Of a DNA stretch of 46,877 nucleotides, positions 6,922 through 13,958 are shown in pieces. A program made the position numbers and the translations under genes. Within the stretch, counting starts at the first letter, position 1. Each line of letters starts with the position of its first letter. This DNA comes from a virus (taxonomy: Duplodnaviria > Caudoviricetes). The notes under the pieces were generated by a model. It did no database searches. It saw only the letters and a list, made by a program, of their open reading frames with translations, and was not told the origin of the DNA. Location of the stretch: the IMG/VR virus record IMGVR_UViG_3300031949_000066, positions 1 to 46,877 of that record. One strand, written 5' to 3'.

Positions 6922-8888
6922 AAAAAGCTGGCTTCCCGCAGGACTATGTAGTCCTGGATTTCGAGTCCTATTACGACTCGGAGTACAGCCTTACGAAGAT
7001 GTCGGCCTGGGAATATATTAAGGATTCCAGGTTCGAGCCGCTGGGTTGCGGGTTGTTCTGGGTTCTGAAGAGCGGAACGAAGGTAAAAGAATACGTTGTG
7101 CCTGAAAAACTCGCTGTTACCTTTAGCTGTATGCAGGCACGATACGGCCAAGAGTTAGAAAACCTCACGGTCGTTATACAGAACGCTAAGTTCGATGCTT
7201 TAATTTTAAAGGAGACGTATGGTATCTTACCCCGGTTTATAATCGACGTAAAACATCTTGACGCACACCAGGATAGCAAGCGTTCGCATAAATTAAAAGA
7301 CATGGCCCTGATTTACGGGGTGAAGGAAAAGGGCAGGACAGAAGATTTTAAGGGGCTGCACTGGGATACGATGACGATAGAGCAGCGTGTCGCCATTGCC
7401 ACGTATTGTAAAAACGACTGTGAGTCTGAGCAAGGTATCTTCGAGCAGCTATTGCCCCGCTTGTCTTGGCCGGAAATGGAACTCTGGTTCGCTAACCACA
7501 GTACCCGGCTGTGGCTTGACCCGAAGCTGGTGTTTAATAAATCGCTGGCGAAACAATTGTATTTTGAAATGGACGCCGAACTCGAAAAAATTATCGAGCG
7601 TACTGGGTTTAGCAAGAGTGCGATTTCAGGCAACAAATCCATCGTAAAGTTGTTTACGTCACTGCTCCCGGAAGAAGACGCTTTACCGATGAAGCAAGGC
7701 AAGAGCGAACTAATCCCGGCCCTGGCTAAGAACGATGACGGTTGTAATTATTTACTCGCTCACCCTGACCCGCGAGTAGCAAACCTCATGGAAGCACGGC
7801 TCGCGGTGAAGTCCTGGCCTAACCATTTAAAACGTATGCTTACGATGGGTAGTATGTCTAAAGCTGCGGGTGGTTTACAGCCTGTGCCTTCTAACTATTA
7901 CGGGGCGCACACTGGCCGTTCGAGCGGTGGGGAAAAGATAAACCTCTATAACCTCGGTGGTTCTGGTCGTGCTGGTACAGCGAACCACCCCCTGATACAG
8001 AAAATGCGTGGGTTACTCCTGGCCGATGTAGGTTACATGCTCGCACTGTCTGACTCGGCACAAATCGAAGCAAGAGTTTTAGCATGGCTGGCAGGCTGTG
8101 ATAAATTAGTAAAAGGTTTTGCTGAGAAGCGTGACATCTATAGTGAGTTCGCTACCGAGTTATTCGGCGTCGCGGTAAGAAAGCCGAAAGAGTCAGACGC
8201 TCTGGCTGTTAAAAAAGACCTGGAAATTAAACGCGGCTTTGGTAAAGAAACTATACTTGCGTCAGGTTTTGGGATGGGTCCGACAAAATTTCACGGGCGG
8301 TGTTTAGCGAATAAAGAATTGCGGCCGATGTTTGATGACGGTACTTACACCTTTGCTTTCGTCGATTCCCTGATACAAACGTATCGTCGTGAGTACAAAG
8401 AAGTCCCGAACTTCTGGAAAACGATTGAAGGATTATTCCGCTGGGTAATAAATAACCCTGATAATTGTGTAGGCTACGGTAAAAAAGAGTTCGGGCTGGA
8501 AAAGAACCTGTTGGAGTTTTGGAATGACCGCGGCACAGTAAACTTACAGCTACCCTCTGGCCGGATTTTATACTACCCGCACGCTGCGATAAATAAAGCG
8601 GATAAAGAAATCCGATACGAACACGGCCACCTATGGGGTGGAACCCTGACAGAGAACGTGGTCCAGGCAATATCCCGTGACCTGCTGGTAATCTGGATAC
8701 GACAGGTGGAAGAAGCTGGAATCCCTGTAGTTCACCATGTTTATGACGAAATTATCGGAATGGTTCCCGCTGAAACAGCGGAAGAAGATTTAAAGCGTAT
8801 CGAGGATATTATGTGTGTTGCCCCTGACTGGGCGGATGGATTGCCCCTGGCTGCTGAGGGCAAGACGAGTGTGGTTTATGTTAAATAA
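6900..8888 (+). CDS. polA: Family A DNA polymerase with 3'-5' exonuclease
   Basis: ExoI LDFESY, ExoII NAKFD, ExoIII YCKND; HTGRSSG; motif A DSAQIEARVLAWLAG; motif B RGFGKETILASGFG; ENVVQ; motif C HVYDEI. Confidence 0.95.
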   Translation: MRITDILKKAGFPQDYVVLDFESYYDSEYSLTKMSAWEYIKDSRFEPLGCGLFWVLKSGTKVKEYVVPEKLAVTFSCMQARYGQELENLTVVIQNAKFDALILKETYGILPRFIIDVKHLDAHQDSKRSHKLKDMALIYGVKEKGRTEDFKGLHWDTMTIEQRVAIATYCKNDCESEQGIFEQLLPRLSWPEMELWFANHSTRLWLDPKLVFNKSLAKQLYFEMDAELEKIIERTGFSKSAISGNKSIVKLFTSLLPEEDALPMKQGKSELIPALAKNDDGCNYLLAHPDPRVANLMEARLAVKSWPNHLKRMLTMGSMSKAAGGLQPVPSNYYGAHTGRSSGGEKINLYNLGGSGRAGTANHPLIQKMRGLLLADVGYMLALSDSAQIEARVLAWLAGCDKLVKGFAEKRDIYSEFATELFGVAVRKPKESDALAVKKDLEIKRGFGKETILASGFGMGPTKFHGRCLANKELRPMFDDGTYTFAFVDSLIQTYRREYKEVPNFWKTIEGLFRWVINNPDNCVGYGKKEFGLEKNLLEFWNDRGTVNLQLPSGRILYYPHAAINKADKEIRYEHGHLWGGTLTENVVQAISRDLLVIWIRQVEEAGIPVVHHVYDEIIGMVPAETAEEDLKRIEDIMCVAPDWADGLPLAAEGKTSVVYVK

Positions 8889-8899
8889 GGGGGTGTGCC

Positions 8900-9139
8900 A
8901 TTCCAGATATTGCGATGTGTACTAATAAACAATGCCGGAAACGGGCGAAATGCTACCGTTTTACTGCGAAACCGAACATGCCGTACCAACTCTATGGCTC
9001 GTTTGCCCCGAATAAACTGGGTAACTGCGAAAGTTTCTGGGAACATGAAAAAACAAACAAAACAACAAAAATTCAACGACGCCTTCGACGCTTATCGGTG
9101 CCTTCAAAAAGGGCAGCCGATAAAAAGAAGCACAAATAA
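8900..9139 (+). CDS. Small Cys-rich phage protein (PDIAMC...C...CYRF), possible ATT start
   Basis: ORF-track frame from 8915 extends to ATT at 8900 behind AAGGGGGT. Confidence 0.6.
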   Translation: MPDIAMCTNKQCRKRAKCYRFTAKPNMPYQLYGSFAPNKLGNCESFWEHEKTNKTTKIQRRLRRLSVPSKRAADKKKHK

Positions 9140-9500
9140 GGACGGTTCGCTTCCTACCACGCCTATCATAGCGTGCCCTGATTTACCGGAGTCAGAGGTT
9201 TTAAAACTCTGCTTAGCCTGGCTGCGCGGTCGAAGGATATTTTGTAATAGAGTGAACAACGGCAAGGGGGATTTACATGGCGACGGACACGTATATACTT
9301 ATGGTATTATCGGGGCTGGCGACATACTTGGGCTGCTGCCTGACGGCCGACATTTTGAAGTGGAGTGTAAAAAGGGTAGGGGCGGTCTTCTGTCGAAAGA
9401 CCAGCGTAACAGAGCAAAACGGATAACTGAGAACAACGGAATTTATATAATCGCTCACGGCATACCTGAGCTAAACTTACTGTTAGGACCATACTTATGA
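9045..9500 (+). CDS. VRR-NUC / Holliday-junction resolvase-like nuclease
   Basis: PESEVLK...GAGDILG...GRHFEVECK...LSKDQ. Confidence 0.85.
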   Translation: MKKQTKQQKFNDAFDAYRCLQKGQPIKRSTNKDGSLPTTPIIACPDLPESEVLKLCLAWLRGRRIFCNRVNNGKGDLHGDGHVYTYGIIGAGDILGLLPDGRHFEVECKKGRGGLLSKDQRNRAKRITENNGIYIIAHGIPELNLLLGPYL

Positions 9501-10708
9501 CCTGTAAAATCTGTCACCACCTGAGTGCAACGTCAGTACGCTGTTTTAAAAACTGCCCGATGCGGTATTATTATCGCTACATTAAACGGGTAACGCCAGC
9601 GTTGGAGTCTGAAGCACAGCGGTTCGGAACGAACTGGCACACGATTATGGAAATCCTGGGGCTTACCCCTGGAACAGAGTGCCCGTCGTGTGTGCCGGGT
9701 ATAGCTACCGAAATGGACCTGCCAGACATCGAGTGCTCCCTTTGTGATAAAACCCGCATCGTTCCCGAAGACCGCCTGGCCGCAGCGACACGGTACATGA
9801 ACCAGATGTACGCAGTCGTGCCCCCTGGTAAAACCGATGTTGAGTGGGAGACTGAGAAGGTTCGCCTGCTGTACGCTGCTATCGCTTACACGCGATACTA
9901 TAAAGACCAGCCGCTAAACGTACTGGGCAACGAAGTCGCGTTCAGCTTACCGCTGAAACGAAATGGCCGAGCAGTCCGTGGGTTCCAGATGGTAGGAAAA
10001 ATAGACAAGCTCCTGCATATTCCAGAGCGAACTAAGGTGCAAATCCTCGACCACAAGGCTACATCCCATAACATAAATGACGTGCGGTTCTGGTCACGAT
10101 TTAACATGGACGTTCAGACAAGATTCTATCCTTACGCTCTGGCTGAAATGGCACGACAAGGGGAGTACGACCTGGCCGGCCACGGGATTGAAGTTCTTAT
10201 CGACGCTTTCCATAAGCCGCAGACTGGGCCGAAGAAGCTGACCCAGGGTGAGAGTAAAAAGTTTGTCGAGACAGGTGAGTATTGCGGGCAGAAGTTTGAA
10301 GTACACTATGTGACAGGTGAGGCCGGCATCATCTGGAAAGTAAACGGCAAGGCTGCTGAAGTCGAACCCGGTGCTAAAGAAGGAACCTTCGCTATACGGG
10401 AAACCCCTGAAATGTATGGTGCCAGGATGCTCATGGACATTTCTGCTGAACAGCAGAACTATTTTGTCCGGCGTGCGATACCGAGAACTGACCGCGAGCT
10501 TACCCAGTTTGGAGACGAACTCGTAGGAATCGCTTCTACAATACGACAGTTCGAGAAATTTAATCTGTGGTACCGAAATGAAGACCAGTGCGAATCGACA
10601 TATAAGTGTGACTACATCGACATCTGCTACGAAGGTGTGGACGTGGACCGTGAAGAACCGATACCTGGGTTTATAAGAAAAGGATGTGTGCATAATGATA
10701 AAGTTTGA
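9497..10708 (+). CDS. Cas4/AddB-like PD-(D/E)xK exonuclease
   Basis: LSATS...CPMRY, GTNWH, GKIDK...ILDHKAT, Q..Y; C-terminal C-x5-C-x5-C Fe-S staple; extra CxxC...CxxC. Confidence 0.88.
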   Translation: MTCKICHHLSATSVRCFKNCPMRYYYRYIKRVTPALESEAQRFGTNWHTIMEILGLTPGTECPSCVPGIATEMDLPDIECSLCDKTRIVPEDRLAAATRYMNQMYAVVPPGKTDVEWETEKVRLLYAAIAYTRYYKDQPLNVLGNEVAFSLPLKRNGRAVRGFQMVGKIDKLLHIPERTKVQILDHKATSHNINDVRFWSRFNMDVQTRFYPYALAEMARQGEYDLAGHGIEVLIDAFHKPQTGPKKLTQGESKKFVETGEYCGQKFEVHYVTGEAGIIWKVNGKAAEVEPGAKEGTFAIRETPEMYGARMLMDISAEQQNYFVRRAIPRTDRELTQFGDELVGIASTIRQFEKFNLWYRNEDQCESTYKCDYIDICYEGVDVDREEPIPGFIRKGCVHNDKV

Positions 10709-10823
10709 TTTCGTACCGACGTTGTGGGTAATTGGGTTTGCTGTAAACTCCAGATACCAGCCGCGTTCTATCGCGTTTATGTTTGGGCCGTTGGTAATAA
10801 CCATTCGAGATTTTAGGAGATAA
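10695..10823 (+). CDS. Small hydrophobic protein (42 aa, MIKFDFVPTLWVIGFAV...FGPLVITIRDFRR)
   Basis: Translated by hand; AAGGA RBS; fills the gap exactly; resembles 40290-40427. Confidence 0.6.
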   Translation: MIKFDFVPTLWVIGFAVNSRYQPRSIAFMFGPLVITIRDFRR

Positions 10824-10824
10824 C

Positions 10825-11676
10825 ATGGCTTTAAAACGAATCGTATCTTCACAAGGCAACATCCCGAAGGCCCCGCCTTCCATGCCTGCGATACCGAAAA
10901 CATTTTCGGTCGAGGATTGGGACGGGTCCAAAGAGGGCGAGAAAATTATTATCTACGCTGACTCTGGTTTGGGTAAAACAACTCTGGCTTCTATGGCCCC
11001 GAATCCTGTGTACCTGGGACTCGACGATGGCGGCCGTAAAATCAGGAACCCTAAGACGGGTGAAATGCTGAAGCATATCCCAGGTCTTACTTCGTTCCGC
11101 GACGTCCTGGCCGTGCTGCAACAGCCAGAACTCTTCGACGAGTTCGAGACTGTGATTATCGACACCGCTACTATCCTCGAAGAGTGGGCCGTGCCTTACG
11201 TTCTGGAAACTATCCCGAACGATAAAGGCATTACCATGAAAAACCTGGTACAGTACGGGTATAATAAAGGCTACCAGCACCTTTATAATACCATGAAGTT
11301 AATCCCACAGGCGTGTGACTCGTGGGTACGCAATGGCAAACATGTTATTATTATCTGCCAGGAAGCTGCGAATCGCGTTCCTAACTCTGGCGGTGATGAC
11401 TTCTTGCGTGCTGGCCCGCGTCTTACGTCGAACAAAGAAGCAAATATCGAAGGGCATTTCTGCGAATGGGCGGACCACGTATTCCGTATTACCTACAGTT
11501 CCCAGGTTGTGAAGGACCGAAAAGCGACTTCGACTGATGAACGAGTAATCCACGTGAAGGGTGAAGTCCACTTCAGGGCAAAGTCTCGAACGCTGCCTTC
11601 TGATATTTCGCAGGTTACGTTTAACGACAAATCCGATGACAGCATTTGGCGGTTCTTATTCGAGAAAGGAGAGTAA
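10825..11676 (+). CDS. Sak4-like AAA_24 ATPase (ssDNA-annealing recombinase)
   Basis: IIYADSGLGKTTLA Walker A; TVIIDT Walker B; GYNKGY; EWAD; AKSR. Confidence 0.88.
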   Translation: MALKRIVSSQGNIPKAPPSMPAIPKTFSVEDWDGSKEGEKIIIYADSGLGKTTLASMAPNPVYLGLDDGGRKIRNPKTGEMLKHIPGLTSFRDVLAVLQQPELFDEFETVIIDTATILEEWAVPYVLETIPNDKGITMKNLVQYGYNKGYQHLYNTMKLIPQACDSWVRNGKHVIIICQEAANRVPNSGGDDFLRAGPRLTSNKEANIEGHFCEWADHVFRITYSSQVVKDRKATSTDERVIHVKGEVHFRAKSRTLPSDISQVTFNDKSDDSIWRFLFEKGE

Positions 11677-11681
11677 CGACA

Positions 11682-12002
11682 GTGAACACGCTTTTACACC
11701 CAGTACGCGGTAGGATTATCGTCCGGCCCAAAACGAAAAACTATAAGTCAGAGGGCGGTATCGTCCTGACGAACAGCCTGGACTCTGAAGTTTTTTACGC
11801 TACAGTCGTGGCGGCCGGGCCTGGTGTACCCCAGAACGGTACAATCGTACCCAATTGTTGCAGCCCCGGCGAGGAGATTATGTACATGGAAGGTGCCGGT
11901 ATCCCGGTGGAACACGATGGAGTTAAGTATCTGATTCTCGATGATTCAGATGTAATAGCTATACTACACCCAAATACAGGAGAAACAAATGAAGTTAATT
12001 AA
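11682..12002 (+). CDS. groES: GroES-like co-chaperonin
   Basis: LHPVRGRIIV...SEGGIVL...ATVVAAGPG...G.KYLILDDSDVIAIL. Confidence 0.9.
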   Translation: MNTLLHPVRGRIIVRPKTKNYKSEGGIVLTNSLDSEVFYATVVAAGPGVPQNGTIVPNCCSPGEEIMYMEGAGIPVEHDGVKYLILDDSDVIAILHPNTGETNEVN

Positions 12003-12915
12003 CAAAGGCGGTACGTACCGCGGCCCGATTGTCGAGCACGGCCTCGGAGTGACCACTACAGGGTTGCCGAAGTGGATAGCCCTGTTGCAAGCAACGGAAG
12101 TCTACGACTTCGCCACGAACCAGTGGATGCCATTCCAGGACGAAAACTGCGACGTGACAGCACACCTGTGTTTGTTCAGCGGGAAACAGGAACCGACGTT
12201 CCATGTCCAGAACATTATGCACGCTGTGGAATGGGACGGCAAATCCCTGGCCGGCCTGAGCAAGCTGGAACTTACCGATGTAGGAGTCCAGTTCTCGGTA
12301 GCGATTGAAAATTACAAGGATAAGGACGGCCCGAACGTGAAGCGGCTGGTACACTTCGACGATACCCCGCAGACCGGTGGCGTGAACAAGCTGAACGACA
12401 GCGATGTGGCCTCGCTCTCTGCTTCCTTCGATGCCTTGCTGAAGAAATCAGCAGCCCCTGCGAAGGCCGTGTCGGCCCCTGCTTCTGCACCTGCGAGCAA
12501 GCCTACCCCGATGCCTGAGAAACCGAAGGCTGCGAAGGGTAAGAAACCTGCTCCGCCACCTGCTCCTGAGCCGGAACCCGAAGCTGCTCCTGAGCCTGAG
12601 TCTGTTTCAGCGGAAGAGTTCGAGGCTGACCTTCCTGTAGGCAACGACCCTGACCCGGCTGTGGAATCCGCTGCTGCGGAGACTCCGCCTGCTGCGAAGC
12701 CTGGGCCAAAGGCACCTGCTACTCCGAAGGGCATGACTAAGGCTGAAGCATGGAGCCACGTAATCCAGTTCAAGGCAAAGAACGTGACTGTAGCTGAGGT
12801 CACGAAGTCCTGGCAGATTGCCGTCCGTGCCGCGGGTAAAGCTGAAGCAGCGATGACCCCGGCTGACTGGGCGACGGTGTGCGAAACCGTGTGTAACGAG
12901 CACGGGGTGTTTTAA
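11989..12915 (+). CDS. Putative ssDNA-binding protein with Pro/Ala/Glu-rich linker and small C-terminal domain
   Basis: GTYRG.I...T.TG.P N-terminus of DUF669-like SSBs; located after the Sak4-like ATPase. Confidence 0.6.
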   Translation: MKLINKGGTYRGPIVEHGLGVTTTGLPKWIALLQATEVYDFATNQWMPFQDENCDVTAHLCLFSGKQEPTFHVQNIMHAVEWDGKSLAGLSKLELTDVGVQFSVAIENYKDKDGPNVKRLVHFDDTPQTGGVNKLNDSDVASLSASFDALLKKSAAPAKAVSAPASAPASKPTPMPEKPKAAKGKKPAPPPAPEPEPEAAPEPESVSAEEFEADLPVGNDPDPAVESAAAETPPAAKPGPKAPATPKGMTKAEAWSHVIQFKAKNVTVAEVTKSWQIAVRAAGKAEAAMTPADWATVCETVCNEHGVF

Positions 12916-12921
12916 ATTATA

Positions 12922-13008
12922 GCGGGCGGTGGCAACCGTAAACCCCCCGGTAATAGGCACTTTGTCTCGATGGAAAGCGGACGAAGGTAAAATCCTGCCG
13001 CCGCCCGT
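12922..13008 (+). ncRNA. Putative structured RNA A (multibranch, 12-bp closing helix)
   Basis: GCGGGCGGTGGC pairs with GCCGCCGCCCGT; internal hairpins; AGG-TAAAAT-CCT T-arm-like end; U-tract follows. Confidence 0.55.
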
Positions 13009-13020
13009 TTTATTTTAAAC

Positions 13021-13138
13021 CGTAGGTTCTGAAGTGCCCAGATTAACATTGCTCCTGGTCCCAGCCTTGCAGCCGATTTAGACGTGCTGTTGCATGGTAG
13101 CAGGTAAGGTAATACTGTACAAGGGTATGGTTCCTACG
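13021..13138 (+). ncRNA. Putative structured RNA B
   Basis: CGTAGG/CCTACG closing helix between T-rich spacers; internal TGCTGT/GGTAGCA hairpin. Confidence 0.35.
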
Positions 13139-13147
13139 TTTTATGTT

Positions 13148-13328
13148 TGTCCCTGTGGCGAAAGCTACTTGCCGTATGGCCTTATGTACGGGCGTATCAG
13201 GGTTTACCCTGGATTGGGGATAAGGTCGTACTCGTCGGGAAAAGCGGTTAAGTAAAACCATATTAGAGACGCCTAAATATGACATCAAGCTACCCCCAGC
13301 TTTGTAGGGGCGAGACGGGCCAGGGACA
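13148..13328 (+). ncRNA. Putative structured RNA C
   Basis: TGTCCCTG/CAGGGACA closing helix; GTGGC-GAAA-GCTAC, CCGTAT/GTACGG and CAGGG-TTTA-CCCTG hairpins; U-tract follows. Confidence 0.55.
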
Positions 13329-13351
13329 TTTTTATTTTTCTAAAGGATAGT

Positions 13352-13957
13352 ATGCAGCTTACCGTTGAAAAAATGGCTTACCCCGATGCGATGAAATTAG
13401 TGGTGGACAACCATTACTTACATCGGAGGTGCCATTGCTCTGTAGCGGTAGGTTTATTCGATTGCTGGGAATGTGTCGGAGTAATAATCTTCGGCAAGCC
13501 GGCGAGTTACACACTCTGCGAAGGACTCTTTGGCAAAGAGGAAAGTAAAAACGTCGGGGAGTTTAGCCGGCTCTGGGTAAGGGACGACCAGCCACGTAAC
13601 ACTGAAAGCTGGTTCATAGCCAGGGCTTTAAAGTTCTGCCCGTATGATGCTTTAGTTTCTTTCGCTGATAGTGAACAAGGACATACGGGCTATATTTACC
13701 AGGCAACGAACTGGTTGTACACAGGGGTATCCCCTAAGCAACGATACTATCGAGTTAAATCTGTCGGCAGTGATAACCCCGTACAGTATAGGCGGCGTGC
13801 TCGTATGCCGAAGGAAAAAATCATTAAACTCTATGGCACGGATGCCGTTGAAGAATACTTTAGTTCAGCAAAATACCGGTATGTTTTAATTCTGAACCGT
13901 AAAAAAGAACTGCTGAAAAAATTAAAATACAAAGTTCTTCCGTACCCCAAAGGATAG
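13352..13957 (+). CDS. mom: Mom-family (GNAT-fold) DNA modification protein
   Basis: NHYLH...GVIIFGKP...EFSRLW...PRNTESWFIARAL...VSFADSEQGHTGYIYQATNWLYTG. Confidence 0.82.
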   Translation: MQLTVEKMAYPDAMKLVVDNHYLHRRCHCSVAVGLFDCWECVGVIIFGKPASYTLCEGLFGKEESKNVGEFSRLWVRDDQPRNTESWFIARALKFCPYDALVSFADSEQGHTGYIYQATNWLYTGVSPKQRYYRVKSVGSDNPVQYRRRARMPKEKIIKLYGTDAVEEYFSSAKYRYVLILNRKKELLKKLKYKVLPYPKG

Positions 13958-13958
13958 T

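Noticed and set aside
9497-10708. Cas4-like gene as part of a CRISPR system
   Set aside because: It sits in the usual exonuclease-Sak4-SSB recombination module; no array or cas1/cas2
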